Shown: positions 38,889-49,085, counted from the stretch's first letter. The stretch is DNA of 64,000 bases from Planctomycetota bacterium (GCA_040755855.1 JBFMAD010000002.1:128001-192000), one strand, 5' to 3'. Numbers and translations are program-made. Notes: generated from the letters alone by a model not told the origin.

Positions 38889-39498
38889 TCGAACGCTGTG
38901 CGCGCGGCCGCTGCGGCGGACGGTCCGCGAGGCCATCGCCGGCGGCGCGGATGTGGTGCAGCTTCGGGAGAAGGACCTCAGCGACCGCGAGCTTCTTGCG
39001 CTTGCCCGGTCGCTGAAGGAGGCCCTGTCGGGGACCAACGCGAAGCTCGTCATCAATCATGCAATTGACGTGGCCGTCGCGGCCGATGCGGACGGAGTGC
39101 ATCTCGGGTGGCGATCCCTCGGCCCGGAGGAGGCCCGGAGGGCGCTCGGTCCCGGCAAGTTGATCGGGGTCTCGGTCCACTCCGTGGAGGAGATGCAGAA
39201 TGCCGAGTTCGGCGGCGCGGATTACGTCCACTACGGCCCGATCTTTGAGACCCCGTCGAAGAAGGGCCGACTGGCGCCCGTCGGCTGCGAGGGGTTGAGA
39301 GAACTCAAGCAAAAGGCGTCCATCCCGGTCATCGCCGTCGGCGGCATCTCCGAGGAACGGGCGGCGGATGTGATCGCGGCCGGGGCGGACGGAATTGCCG
39401 TGATTTCCGCCGTCATGGCCTCGCCGAACCCCCAGGTCGCCGTCAAGCGGCTGAAGCGCGAGATGGAGTTCGGCCGGATGAAGGCAGGGCGACCATGA
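38863..39498 (+). CDS. thiE: Thiamine-phosphate synthase
   Basis: 'VQLREK', 'ADGVHLG', 'GVSVHS', 'GPIFETPSK', 'AVGGI', 'GIAVISA'. Confidence 0.93.
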   Translation: MATLTIITDRTLCARPLRRTVREAIAGGADVVQLREKDLSDRELLALARSLKEALSGTNAKLVINHAIDVAVAADADGVHLGWRSLGPEEARRALGPGKLIGVSVHSVEEMQNAEFGGADYVHYGPIFETPSKKGRLAPVGCEGLRELKQKASIPVIAVGGISEERAADVIAAGADGIAVISAVMASPNPQVAVKRLKREMEFGRMKAGRP

Positions 39499-40310
39499 AG
39501 AATATCGCGCGGGTCCTCACCATCGCCGGGTCCGACTCCGGCGGGGGCGCGGGCATCCAGGCCGACCTCAAGACCATCACCGTCCTCGGCGGCTACGGCA
39601 TGAGCGCCATCACGGCCCTCACCGCCCAGAATACACAGGGCGTCCGGGCCGTGCATCCGGTCCCGCCCGATTTTGTCGCGGCCCAGATCGAGGCCGTCCT
39701 CTCCGACATCGGCGCCGACGCGGTCAAGACAGGCATGTTGGCCGGCCCGGAGATCGTGGCCGTCGTGGCCGAGGCGATCCAAAAACACCGCATGGATAAG
39801 GTCGTGATTGACCCGGTGATGGTCGCCAAGAGCGGCGATGCGCTTCTCTCCCCCGATGGGGAAAAAGCAATGCTCGAGATCATGGTCCCCCTCGCCTGCG
39901 TCCTGACCCCGAATATCCCCGAGGCCGAGCGGATGACGGGCCTGACGATCAAGGGGATCGAGCAGATGGAGCAGGCCGCCGCGGCGCTGGCGGAGAGGGG
40001 CGCTCGACACGTCCTCGTCAAGGGGGGGCACCTGCCGGACGCGGCAACCGATGTCCTCTATGACGGGGATCGGTTTCACCATCTCTCTGCCGAGCGCATC
40101 GCCACGAAGAACACGCACGGGACAGGCTGCACCTACTCGGCGGCCATCGCGACGGGGTTGGCGCAGGGGCTGGATGTGCTTGGGGCGGTGCAGATGGCGA
40201 AGGCGTATGTCACGAAGGCGATTCAGCACTCGCTGGCGCTTGGCCGGGGGGCGGGTCCACTCGATCATGCGGCAGCCGCGCGTAGCCGGACTCGCCGTAG
40301 TCGTAGCTGA
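39495..40310 (+). CDS. thiD: Hydroxymethylpyrimidine/phosphomethylpyrimidine kinase
   Basis: '[19 protein letters not shown]', 'TAQNT', 'DPVMV', 'TPNIPEA', 'KGGH', 'HGTGC'. Confidence 0.96.
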   Translation: MKNIARVLTIAGSDSGGGAGIQADLKTITVLGGYGMSAITALTAQNTQGVRAVHPVPPDFVAAQIEAVLSDIGADAVKTGMLAGPEIVAVVAEAIQKHRMDKVVIDPVMVAKSGDALLSPDGEKAMLEIMVPLACVLTPNIPEAERMTGLTIKGIEQMEQAAAALAERGARHVLVKGGHLPDAATDVLYDGDRFHHLSAERIATKNTHGTGCTYSAAIATGLAQGLDVLGAVQMAKAYVTKAIQHSLALGRGAGPLDHAAAARSRTRRSRS

Positions 40311-40388
40311 ATTCGCCAGAATTCAGACAGGACGAATGAGACGCCCCGTACCGGCGAACAGGATCGGAAGTCTTGCGACTTCCGCTAC
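40303..40388. repeat. Heterotypic GTAG REP pair (REPIN), copy 2
   Basis: GTAGCTGAATTC-GCCA-GAATTCAG (40303-40326) and CGGAAGTC-TTGC-GACTTCCGCTAC (40365-40388). Confidence 0.85.
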
Positions 40389-41077
40389 TTCGCGTCCCAG
40401 AGGCAGGCGTCGCTCCCCTCGTCCGGCTCGATGATGTCCCCTACCAGATAGCTCTTCACCGACCCGTTCACCATGAGGCAGTTGACATTCTTGGCGTGCC
40501 TCGGCATGGGCCGCACGGGGTCTTCGGCCCAGTACTTATCTTTCGTGCTCACCCGGCAGTAGTTGGGCGCATCCTCCGGGGTTTCCTCCCAGGCATCGGC
40601 CGACTGGTTCTTGGTTTCCGCAGTCACCTTCCCTGCATCGAGGGCGTAGATCGTGCGCGCCGGGTCCTTGATGTCTCGCAGCCTGACGCACGTCGGTTTC
40701 TTCGTCGTCGCCTTGTTCCATATGAAGGTCTGCCAGTTGACGGCGTAGCCGACGTTCGTCCCCAGCTTCCCTGCGCACGCGAACACGGCGGGGTAGTCGC
40801 TGCCGAGAAACTCCTTTAGACAGTCCCGCCAAGGCACGGTTTCCCCTTGGGGATTGCACCACTGAACGGGGGGAACGAATTCGTTGAAGTCATTTGCATA
40901 CTGCTGCATTGCCATGCCGATCTTGCGCAGGTTCGCCCTGCACTTGGCGGAGACGGCGTCGCTTGCCATCTTCACAAAGATCGGCCGAAGCAGCAGCACA
41001 ATCGCCACAAGAATGACGATTACGATGATCAGGCCTTTGAGCGTAATGCCGCGAGTTCCTTGAAGTGTACCGCGCAT
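40385..41077 (-). CDS. DUF1559-like prepilin-type protein with H-X9-DG-like C-terminus
   Basis: 'RG|ITLKGLIIVIVIL', 'C..NLRKIG.A.QQYA.D', 'Y..N', 'RH...N..MVNG.VK'. Confidence 0.85.
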   Translation of the reverse strand: MRGTLQGTRGITLKGLIIVIVILVAIVLLLRPIFVKMASDAVSAKCRANLRKIGMAMQQYANDFNEFVPPVQWCNPQGETVPWRDCLKEFLGSDYPAVFACAGKLGTNVGYAVNWQTFIWNKATTKKPTCVRLRDIKDPARTIYALDAGKVTAETKNQSADAWEETPEDAPNYCRVSTKDKYWAEDPVRPMPRHAKNVNCLMVNGSVKSYLVGDIIEPDEGSDACLWDAK

Positions 41078-41114
41078 GACAATCCCCTCACTCAAAAAAC
41101 ACTTGCCGCATCCA

Positions 41115-41220
41115 GTATCTGAACTCGCCAGAGTTCAGGTCTTCGACCGCGCAACGCCCCTGGATTCCCGCTTTCGCGGGAATGACGTGCGGGCGTCGGA
41201 AGTCTGGCGACTTCCGCTAC
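41115..41220. repeat. Heterotypic GTAG REP pair (REPIN), copy 3, with a nested ATTCCC-N8-GGGAAT palindrome
   Basis: GTATCTGAACTC-GCCA-GAGTTCAG (41115-41138), ATTCCCGCTTTCGCGGGAAT (41164-41183), CGGAAGTCTGGCGACTTCCGCTAC (41197-41220). Confidence 0.85.
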
Positions 41221-41226
41221 TGTCCG

Positions 41227-42549
41227 CTACTGCCCGAACCGTCGGAGCGCCTCGTAGCCCACCGGGTCAAGCTCGACCGGCTTGCCCATGTAGTGGGCGC
41301 CAAGAATCTCCTTCTGGACCACGGCGTTGATGTTGAGCCGCACGTCCGCCCCCTTGACGCGCCGCGTGACCTCCACCGTGCCGTCGGAAAAATACCGCGT
41401 CGAGACCGTCTCGGCCCCCCGGATCACACCCTCCACACGGCTCGTGACCTGGTCGTTCTGCAGGGCAAAGTTCTGGACGGTCGTCTCCGAGTTGATCAGG
41501 ATGCCCTGAATCTGCTCCAGCAGGTTTCGGTCGGCGGCAAGCTGGGCTGCCTTCTCCGCCGCCATCCGCCCGCGCGTTGTGTAGATCGGCGCGTATTGCG
41601 CATCGCTGAGCTGCACCATCGCCGAGGTGAAAACCGGCGCCTTCTGGCCCAGGGCGGCGTTCAATTTTGCCGTGTCCACTTGCACCTGCACCTGGACGCT
41701 TCCGTCCTCGCGGGCCTGGCGATTCGTCACGGCGGCGTCGGCCACCAGCGCGCTCAGCTTCTCGTAAACAATCTTGTTCCCGGCGGCCAGGTCGCCGACA
41801 GTCTTCTGCTCGGCAATCTCGGCCCGAAAGACCCGCTCGCCGAGTTCGCGCAGGGCCGCCTCCCGCGCCGCCGTCTCGTCGGCGCCGACAGCCGACGCCC
41901 GCACGACCATGATCTCCCGGTCGCCCTCGCGGATCGTCGGATGTTTATTATACCGTTCCGGGGCGGTCCCCGATCCGGTGGCGACAAACTCCGTGTTCTC
42001 CCACGCGCTCACCCGCACCCGCTGCATGGCAGTCACGCTCGCGAACTTGCCCGCCTCGCCGGCGCTTTGCACGCGCACCTTGCCCGACAGGACATCCACC
42101 GACGTGCTCCCGTTATTCGCCACGGCTACAGCGAACGTAGTCCCCTCCACCCCGGCTATGCTGGTGGGTGTGCCGATGGTGACCTGTTTTCCCTTGGGGA
42201 TGGTTTTCAGCCGGCTCAGGAGCTTGCCCCCCAGGAGGTCCAGCTTCGGGGCGCGGGGATCCAGGCCGATCTTCAATTTCGAGTTGGCCTCAAGCTGCAC
42301 CGCGTTGCCCGTGCCCATGTCAATCTTCGCGCTGGAGGCCGGGCCGGTCGTCACCACGTCGTCGATTTTCAGGAGAAGCCCCGCCGCCGCCGTTTCGGTC
42401 TTGGCGGCGTCTCCCCCGCGCAGGACCTGGACAGCCCCCGAGACCTCGGCCACTTTGATCTGGTCCATCTCCGCGCGGGTGGATACGGTGGAACCAAACA
42501 GAACGGCGGCCATGAAGAGGAACACCATGAGGACATTTTTTGAGCGCAC
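41227..42549 (-). CDS. Secreted FecR-domain protein with C-terminal LPP20-like region
   Basis: Signal peptide; 'L...D.V.TG..S.A.I......L..NS', 'TPTS.AGV.GT.F.V......V.V..G.V.V'; 'AA..AA...A.R.L.E.I.G..I...TTV'. GTG start behind GGAGG. Confidence 0.8.
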   Translation of the reverse strand: MRSKNVLMVFLFMAAVLFGSTVSTRAEMDQIKVAEVSGAVQVLRGGDAAKTETAAAGLLLKIDDVVTTGPASSAKIDMGTGNAVQLEANSKLKIGLDPRAPKLDLLGGKLLSRLKTIPKGKQVTIGTPTSIAGVEGTTFAVAVANNGSTSVDVLSGKVRVQSAGEAGKFASVTAMQRVRVSAWENTEFVATGSGTAPERYNKHPTIREGDREIMVVRASAVGADETAAREAALRELGERVFRAEIAEQKTVGDLAAGNKIVYEKLSALVADAAVTNRQAREDGSVQVQVQVDTAKLNAALGQKAPVFTSAMVQLSDAQYAPIYTTRGRMAAEKAAQLAADRNLLEQIQGILINSETTVQNFALQNDQVTSRVEGVIRGAETVSTRYFSDGTVEVTRRVKGADVRLNINAVVQKEILGAHYMGKPVELDPVGYEALRRFGQ

Positions 42550-42663
42550 GGTCAATCCTCCGAAATGCTCGCGTTCCATCCGGGTCTCGGCATGACAACA
42601 TTGGATTCTACCACGCGGTTTTGGCATGTGTCAACACAAAAGGCGCGAACCGTATGAAAGGAT

Positions 42664-42687
42664 CGGAAGTCTGGCGACTTCCGCTAC
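42664..42687. repeat. Solo REP (CGGAAGTCTGGCGACTTCCGCTAC)
   Basis: Identical to the copies at 36130, 41197 and 63731. Confidence 0.85.
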
Positions 42688-42695
42688 CAACGATG

Positions 42696-44621
42696 TCACG
42701 AGGAGATGCCATAGCGCAGGAGTTTGAGCCGCAGCCCCTCCCGGCTGATGCCGAGAATCTCCGCAGCCTGGCTCCGGACGCCGCCGGTTTCCTTGAGGGC
42801 CACCTCGATCATCTCCCGCTCCAGCGCGGCCACGGCGGCGTCGAGGCGGCCGCGGCCCTTGCACCGCTCGATCAGGTCGCCGTCCCCACCTACGATCTCG
42901 GGGGGCAGCAGATCAACGTCAACGGGGCGCCCCTGTTGCGACAGCACGGCCGCGCGCTCGACGGCGTTGCGCAACTCGCGCACGTTGCCCGGCCAGGGAT
43001 GGGCGCAGAGCCTCGCCTCGGCCGCAGGGGTGAAGCCCGGCAGCGATCTGCCCATGTCCGCCGCGAAGCCGGCGAGGAAGTGCCGAGCAAGGAAAAGGAC
43101 ATCGCCGGATCGCTCGCGCAGCGGGGGCAAAGGAATCTCCACCACCCGAAGGCGGTAGTATAGGTCCTCGCGGAACTCTCCATCGCGGATGGCCTTCTTG
43201 AGATCGCAGTTTGTGGCCGCGATAACGCGGATGTCTATCTCCACCGACTCCCTCCCTCCGACGCGCTCAAACCGTTTCTGTTCGAGGGCGCGGAGGAGCT
43301 TGGCCTGCATCGCCGGCGGCATGTCGCCGATCTCGTCGAGGAACAGGGTCCCGCCGTGGGCCTGTTCCAGCCTGCCGATGCGCCCTTCGACGCCGGAGGC
43401 TGTTCCCTTCTCGATGCCGAACAGTTCGCTCTCCAGAAGCGTCTCGGGGATGGCCGCGCAGTTCACGGCGACGAATGGCTTGTCCGCCCGCGGCCCGCCG
43501 CGATGGATCGCCCGGGTGACCAGTTCCTTGCCCGTGCCGGTCTCCCCCGTCAGGAGCACGCTTGCCTCGACCCCCATCACCTGCTCGGCAAGGCGGCGCA
43601 CCTCTCGGATCGGCTCGCTCTCGCCGATGATCGCCGCGAGCGAGACCTCGTCCTGCGATGCGCGGCGAAGACGGACGTTCTCGATGTCCGACTGCTCCTT
43701 GGCGGAGCGGAGTGCATCGCAGAGCCGCGCGTTCTCCAGGGCCGCGGCGAGGAGCGAGGCGATGCCCGTCAGCAGGTTCAGGTCGTCCGTGGAGAAGGCC
43801 CCCTTTACCCCCCGCGCATCCCATTGCAGAATGCCGATGACTCGTTCCGGCAGGAGCAGCGGCGCACACAGGACAGACCCGAGGTCCATCTCCTGCACGC
43901 TGGCGGCGCTGCGGAACTCCTCGCGGGCGTCCTTGCACAAAATGGCGCACCGGGACTCGGCGGCCCGGCGGGCGATGGTCCTGCTGAACATCTCGGCGGC
44001 GGAGTCGTCCCCTCTTGCCTTGAGCACGCGGATGGTCAGCTCGCGGCCGTCCTCATCATACAAGGCCAGGAAGCCGCGCTGGGCGGCGGGGAGGGCCCCA
44101 GACAGGCGTTCGACAATTTCCCCCAGAAGCGATTCGGTGTCATGCTTGTCGGCCAGGGCCATGCCGACATCGTGAATGGTTTGGAGGTGCTGCCGCAGGC
44201 GTCGGGCGTCCTGGGCCGTGCGGACGGACTCGATGCGCCGGGCGAAGACGGGCCCGGCGGCGTCGAGCGTCGCTACGACGTCGAACGCGGGTTCGGGGCC
44301 CGGCTCGACGGCCCACCCGACCGGCGACTCCTTCACCGCACCTGGATCGTCGAAGACAAGGATGTATTCCCCGATGGCGATTTGCATCCCGCTAACGAGG
44401 CGGACGCGGCTGACCTTTCGGCCGGCGATATATGTTCCGGCCTTACTGTGGAGGTCCTGGAGGAAGAACGCGCCGCCATCATGTTCGATTCGTGCGTGCT
44501 GCCGGGAGGCGGGCGGACCGATCAATACGTCGGCGTTCCGGTCCCTGCCGATGAGCATGTCGGGCTTCAGCTCGATTTCGCGGCGGACTTCGTCGCGATG
44601 CTTGACGATCAGTTTGGCCAT
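42696..44621 (-). CDS. Sigma-54 enhancer-binding protein with FHA and GAF domains
   Basis: FHA 'IGR...SRQHA...DL.S..GT'; GAF 'SV.CAPL....IG'; AAA+ 'GETGTGKE', 'ESELFG.EKG.ASG', 'FLDEIG', 'WPGNVREL'; Fis HTH. The GAFTGA loop reads GTASGV. Confidence 0.92.
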   Translation of the reverse strand: MAKLIVKHRDEVRREIELKPDMLIGRDRNADVLIGPPASRQHARIEHDGGAFFLQDLHSKAGTYIAGRKVSRVRLVSGMQIAIGEYILVFDDPGAVKESPVGWAVEPGPEPAFDVVATLDAAGPVFARRIESVRTAQDARRLRQHLQTIHDVGMALADKHDTESLLGEIVERLSGALPAAQRGFLALYDEDGRELTIRVLKARGDDSAAEMFSRTIARRAAESRCAILCKDAREEFRSAASVQEMDLGSVLCAPLLLPERVIGILQWDARGVKGAFSTDDLNLLTGIASLLAAALENARLCDALRSAKEQSDIENVRLRRASQDEVSLAAIIGESEPIREVRRLAEQVMGVEASVLLTGETGTGKELVTRAIHRGGPRADKPFVAVNCAAIPETLLESELFGIEKGTASGVEGRIGRLEQAHGGTLFLDEIGDMPPAMQAKLLRALEQKRFERVGGRESVEIDIRVIAATNCDLKKAIRDGEFREDLYYRLRVVEIPLPPLRERSGDVLFLARHFLAGFAADMGRSLPGFTPAAEARLCAHPWPGNVRELRNAVERAAVLSQQGRPVDVDLLPPEIVGGDGDLIERCKGRGRLDAAVAALEREMIEVALKETGGVRSQAAEILGISREGLRLKLLRYGISS

Positions 44622-44639
44622 TGTGTCACCCAAGAGGCG

Positions 44640-45206
44640 TTACACGTTGTTATTTCGTACTCCAACATACTCCTCCCTGAGCATCCCGTACAGCTCCAAG
44701 TCCTCGAACCGGCCCCATTTGAGGACGTGCTGCCGGCGGCGGCCTTCGTGGGTCATGCCGAGCTTTTGCATGACGCGGCCCGACGCGGGGTTGCGGCTGA
44801 AGTGGGTCGCGTGGATGCGATTCAGGTCCAGCTCCTCGAAGCCGTAACGCACGACGGCCCGCGCCGCCTCGGTGCAGTAGCCCTGTCGCCAGTAGGGCCT
44901 GCCGATCCAGTATCCAAGCTCCGCCCGATGGCCGCGGATGATCCCCATCAGGCTAATCGCGCCGATCAGCTCGCTGGTGGACTTCAGCGTGATGGCGAAC
45001 GTAACACCTGTGCCCCCGTCGAAGATCGCCTGGTGCTTGGCAATCCACTCCTCTGCCATGCCGTCTTCGTACGGATGGGGGATGTTCTGCGTCGTATCGG
45101 CGATGGCCCTATCCCCGGCCAGACGCTGCACATCCCCCGCATCCTCCGGCCGGAAAGGCCGCAGGACCAGTCGTTCGGTCTTCAATGTGGGAAGCTGTGT
45201 TGTCAT
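44640..45206 (-). CDS. RimJ/RimL family GNAT acetyltransferase
   Basis: 'TERLVLRP', 'ELGYWIG..YW.QGY.TEA', 'N.ASGRV..KLG'. Confidence 0.92.
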   Translation of the reverse strand: MTTQLPTLKTERLVLRPFRPEDAGDVQRLAGDRAIADTTQNIPHPYEDGMAEEWIAKHQAIFDGGTGVTFAITLKSTSELIGAISLMGIIRGHRAELGYWIGRPYWRQGYCTEAARAVVRYGFEELDLNRIHATHFSRNPASGRVMQKLGMTHEGRRRQHVLKWGRFEDLELYGMLREEYVGVRNNNV

Positions 45207-45281
45207 TTTAGTTTGTTCACCCGCACAAACGAGATCGTCGCGGCGGTGTTAACAGCACGAGTCCCGAAGGTGACCTCGGCT

Positions 45282-45512
45282 CTACGAACGCCTCCGCTCG
45301 TCGCGTATCGCGCTGGAGAGGCCTCTCCCCTTGACGGAGAGCCGGAGACCGTGCCTCTTCCACGACAGCGTGTCCGACGACTCTTCCGCCACGGGAATCA
45401 CTTCGGCCACGGGTTTGCCGTGGCGGAGGATGCGAACGATCTCCCCCTTTTCCACGTCGGTGATCAAGGAGGACGCATTTTGACGGAACTGGCTGAATGT
45501 CACGGCCTTCAT
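45282..45512 (-). CDS. Phd/YefM family antitoxin (orphan)
   Basis: 'V.FSQFR.NAS.L...VE.GE...I.RHGKPVAE..P'. Confidence 0.88.
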   Translation of the reverse strand: MKAVTFSQFRQNASSLITDVEKGEIVRILRHGKPVAEVIPVAEESSDTLSWKRHGLRLSVKGRGLSSAIRDERRRS

Positions 45513-45547
45513 ATCATTCCTCCCGAACTATCTCATGCAAATTGGCC

Positions 45548-46954
45548 CTACCAATGAAAATGCCGCTCCGGCAGCGGGTCGCGGGCGGCGAGGGTGCGTT
45601 CGAGGAGGAGGCGCTCCATCTCCTTGCGTTGCGCCGCATAGCCGGCGTCGTGCCAGAGGTTGTCGAACTCGTCCGGGTCGTTCTTGAGATCGTAGAGCTC
45701 GCCATAGGGACAGCCGGGGTAGTGGATGAGTTTCCAGTCCTTCGTCCGCACGCCGACAAGCGTGACCGCCGACGGCTCGATGCCGCGCGGCGTCAGGTCG
45801 GGCGATTCGCGGTCCTGGACCAGGACGGACTCCCGCCCCCGCGCCCCATCCTCCCCCATGACGAGGGGACGGATGGACCGCCCCTGCACACCGGCGGGCG
45901 ACTCAATGCCGAGTAGGTCCAGGAGCGTCGGCATGATGTCCACGCCCTCGACCATCTCCTCAGTGACGCCGCCGCCCTTCGCGCCCGGGGCGCGCCAGAT
46001 GAGGGGCACGTTGATGACCTGATCGTAGAGGAACGGGCCGTGCCGCCACTGGTAGTGGTCGTTAAGGACGAGGCCATGATCGGTCGTGAAGACGACGATG
46101 GTGTCTTCCCACACCCCGACCTCCCGCAGCGCGGCCATGAGGCGGCCGAATTGTTTGTCGAGAAACACGGCCTGGTTGTAGTAGCTGGCGAGATATTTCC
46201 GGAGCGTCTCATCGTCCGGGTGCCGCCCGCGCGCCATGTATCCCTCGTATGATTTTTTGTGATACCACGGCTTGTTTTCCAGCTCGCCTTCTTTGATCTT
46301 CGGCGGGGGCATGTCCTCCGGTTTATACATGTTTGCGAATGTGTCGGGCGGGTTGGATGGGGGGATCAACTCGTGAAACGAACAGGATAGGAAGAAGGGC
46401 CGGCCGGCCTTCGCCTGCGTTTTGACGAAGTCTATCGCTCGGCTTGTGATCCATTGCAGTTCATGCACCTCTTCCGGCAGACCCGTGGCGCGTTTCTTCA
46501 CCTTGTCCAGTAGATCGGGAAAGTTCTTCTCGACCCACTGAATGTATTCCAGGCCCAGGCGGTTCTCGCTCAGGTGGACGCGCTGGAAGCCGTAGTAAGG
46601 CAGGTTCTCGATGATCGGGGCGTACTGTTTGTATTCCTCTTGCGGCTCGAAATGAATCTTCCCGCACGCGCCCGTGGCATAGCCGTTCGCCGCCAGGACC
46701 TGCGGCAGCGTCACCTCGTCCTTGGGCAGGCGGCACCCGTTCGCCCACACGCCGTGGATGTGGGGGTATCGGCCCGTGAAGATCGAGGCCCGCGTGGGCA
46801 TGCAGACCGTGTGGGTGCAGTAGAATTGCCGGAAGAGCGTCCCCTCTTTCGCAAACGCATCAATGTTCGGGGTCTGCAGGATCGGGTTGCCGTAGCAGCC
46901 GAGGCAGTCGGCTCGGTGGCCGTCGGTGATGAACAGGACGACGTTCTTAGGCAT
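45548..46954 (-). CDS. Formylglycine-dependent sulfatase (Cys-type)
   Basis: 'N..FITD..R.D', 'TPNID', CxPxR 'CMPTRASIFTGRY', 'GKIH', 'FTTDHG', 'LYDL..DP.E..NL'. Confidence 0.95.
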   Translation of the reverse strand: MPKNVVLFITDGHRADCLGCYGNPILQTPNIDAFAKEGTLFRQFYCTHTVCMPTRASIFTGRYPHIHGVWANGCRLPKDEVTLPQVLAANGYATGACGKIHFEPQEEYKQYAPIIENLPYYGFQRVHLSENRLGLEYIQWVEKNFPDLLDKVKKRATGLPEEVHELQWITSRAIDFVKTQAKAGRPFFLSCSFHELIPPSNPPDTFANMYKPEDMPPPKIKEGELENKPWYHKKSYEGYMARGRHPDDETLRKYLASYYNQAVFLDKQFGRLMAALREVGVWEDTIVVFTTDHGLVLNDHYQWRHGPFLYDQVINVPLIWRAPGAKGGGVTEEMVEGVDIMPTLLDLLGIESPAGVQGRSIRPLVMGEDGARGRESVLVQDRESPDLTPRGIEPSAVTLVGVRTKDWKLIHYPGCPYGELYDLKNDPDEFDNLWHDAGYAAQRKEMERLLLERTLAARDPLPERHFHW

Positions 46955-47810
46955 CGTTCCCCTCCATGAGGCGTTTGTAGTTTCCGCCGGCGATCAGTCG
47001 GGCATGGTCAATTGAAAGATGACCGAGCAATTCGTGGAAGGCATCATACACCCGTTTGTAGGCGTCCTCGGTCAGCCCCGCCCACGAATAGATGTCCGTG
47101 CCCAGGGTGATGCGATCGGGGAAGTCGGCCATCAGCCGCCGCCATGCGTCGTGCAGGGCGATGGACGCGGCGTCAGCGGGGTTCTTGTGCCGCATGTGCT
47201 TCAGCACGGGGCCGACGTCGCACGTGACGTTCGGGTGCGCCTCGAGCATCCGTCGAGCGTCGTCGGAGTTGCAGCGATAATCGCAATGGGCGGCGAGGAA
47301 CCGCGTCCCCGGATGGCGCGGCAGGACATCGCACAGGAACTTCAACCGTTCGCAGTGAACGAAGACTGGGATTCCCTTTTCGCCACAGAGGTCGAAGACC
47401 TCGCGGAAGACGCGGCTGTCGGACTTGTCCTTCGGCACGGGGTAGGGGTGCTTCTTCGCACTGCCGTCGCGCATCGGGATGTTGGCGCAGACGGTATCGG
47501 TCGTGTCGAGAAACAGTTCCCCCACGCCGCGCCACGGGCCGCTGTTCAGATGATGCTTCACGTAGTTGATGCTCTTCAGGTCGTCCGGGTTGAAGTTGCA
47601 GAGGTAGGGATAGAAGAGGTCCGGGTATTTTTCGTAACCGCGCAGGACATCCTCGTCCTCGTGATCGGATACCAGACCGACGCCGGTGAGCGACGCCTTG
47701 CGGACGTTGCACGTCGGCATCCGCGCGGCGAGTGTATCCACCCACTCGTCGGCGTACTCGCTGTGCAGATGGCCGTGCGAGTCCAAAAACGCCAAGTCCC
47801 GTTTTTTCAC
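46947..47810 (-). CDS. Amidohydrolase family (TIM-barrel) protein
   Basis: 'DSHGH', 'GVGE', 'PVFVH', 'AH', 'R..LGTD'. GTG start behind GGAGGT. Confidence 0.82.
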   Translation of the reverse strand: MKKRDLAFLDSHGHLHSEYADEWVDTLAARMPTCNVRKASLTGVGLVSDHEDEDVLRGYEKYPDLFYPYLCNFNPDDLKSINYVKHHLNSGPWRGVGELFLDTTDTVCANIPMRDGSAKKHPYPVPKDKSDSRVFREVFDLCGEKGIPVFVHCERLKFLCDVLPRHPGTRFLAAHCDYRCNSDDARRMLEAHPNVTCDVGPVLKHMRHKNPADAASIALHDAWRRLMADFPDRITLGTDIYSWAGLTEDAYKRVYDAFHELLGHLSIDHARLIAGGNYKRLMEGNDA

Positions 47811-47826
47811 TGCAAGACCTCCTCTC

Positions 47827-47890
47827 TCCTCTTTCCCCTTTTCCTTATACCACTTCCCCGTTCTCCTTGCTATACTTTCTACCCGTTCCC
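47827..47890. promoter_or_regulatory. Purine/pyrimidine-skewed bidirectional promoter cassette, copy A
   Basis: Plus TG-C-TATACT (47868-47876) and minus TG-G-TATAAG (47844-47852). The reverse complement is about 80% identical (hand alignment) to 57543-57607. Confidence 0.65.
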
Positions 47891-47934
47891 TTCCAGGATT
47901 AGGCACGGCCCACCACGAGGAGGAAGACGCGAAG

Positions 47935-48951
47935 GTGAGAGAGAAGAAAAAGTCTTACAGTCCCATCGAATACCATGAGGGTCTGTTGAAGCAGGTCAAG
48001 CCGTCCCTGGCCTTTGCGGATCAGGCGGATGCGCCTGCATGGCAGAGAAAGCTCCGGGCCAAGCTGCGCGAGATTCTCGCCGTGCCGGGGACGTGGGACC
48101 ACGCCATAACCTCGCGCGTGGAGCGGGATTTGGAGACCAACGAATTCACGTGCGACCGCGTTGTCTTCCGGGCAGAGCCGAAGGCGGATGTCCCCGGATA
48201 CCTTCTGAAGCCGAAGACGGGCGAGGCCCCCTTCGCGGTCATGATCTGCCTGCAAGGGCACTCGCCGGGGATGCACATCTCCATCGGCCGCGGAAAAACG
48301 AAAGCGGAGATCGAGTCCATCCAGGGCGGACGCGACATCGCCATCCAGGCCGTCCGCAACGGCTGGGCCGCGCTGGCCATCGAGCAGCGATCCTTCGGCG
48401 AACGACATGGCGCGCGCCCCGGTTGCGCCGATGACGCGCTGCATGCCCTTATACTCGGCAAGACGCTCACGGGCGAGCGCGTGTTCGATGTCATGCGAGC
48501 CATTGACTTCATCGCCGCTCAGCCCGACCTCGACGCGACGCGCATCGGCTGCATGGGCAACTCCGCCGGCGGGACGGTTACGTTCTACGCGGCGTGCGTG
48601 GATCGGCGAATTCGTCTCGCCGTCGTTTCATGCTCCTTCTGCGCCTACGCCTATTCCTGGATGAAGCACCCCCACTGCGCGTGCGGATATCTGCCGGGGA
48701 TTCTTCAGTACGCCGACATGAGCGATCTTGCCGGATTGATCGCGCCGCGGCATCTGATGGTCGTCGCCGGGGAGCACGACGAGATCGCCCCGGCCGCCTC
48801 CGTCCGCCGAGCCTTTAGGCAGGTTGCGCGAATCTTCCGCGCGGTGGGATGCGCGCGACATGCCTCTCTCCTCGTCGGCGAGGGCGGACACCGCTTCTAC
48901 CCGGAACTGGCCTGGCCGAAGATCACGCAAATCGGAAACGGCTGGAAGTAA
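47935..48951 (+). CDS. Alpha/beta hydrolase (dienelactone hydrolase/acetylesterase-like)
   Basis: 'VPGYLL.P', 'ICLQGH', 'FGER', nucleophile 'GNSAGG', 'LIAPR', 'G.HD', 'GGHRFY'. Confidence 0.88.
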   Translation: MREKKKSYSPIEYHEGLLKQVKPSLAFADQADAPAWQRKLRAKLREILAVPGTWDHAITSRVERDLETNEFTCDRVVFRAEPKADVPGYLLKPKTGEAPFAVMICLQGHSPGMHISIGRGKTKAEIESIQGGRDIAIQAVRNGWAALAIEQRSFGERHGARPGCADDALHALILGKTLTGERVFDVMRAIDFIAAQPDLDATRIGCMGNSAGGTVTFYAACVDRRIRLAVVSCSFCAYAYSWMKHPHCACGYLPGILQYADMSDLAGLIAPRHLMVVAGEHDEIAPAASVRRAFRQVARIFRAVGCARHASLLVGEGGHRFYPELAWPKITQIGNGWK

Positions 48952-48992
48952 TCGCCCCGTCCCACCGCGAGTCGAACATCATTCAAAAACGC

Positions 48993-49022
48993 TTGACAAG
49001 ACTCATCAGGATTGCGTAATAT
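48993..49022 (+). promoter_or_regulatory. Sigma70-type promoter for aor-moaD
   Basis: TTGACA-18 nt-TAATAT. Confidence 0.55.
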
Positions 49023-49085
49023 AAAGAACTTGCCGTACCGTGCGGTCCACGGCGGCAGAAAGTCGAGCGCAAGAAGACGTGAATC

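Noticed and set aside
36064..42687. CRISPR array from the recurring 24-bp palindromes
   Set aside because: Copies are dispersed over kilobases, not regularly spaced, and there are no cas genes. They fit REP elements.
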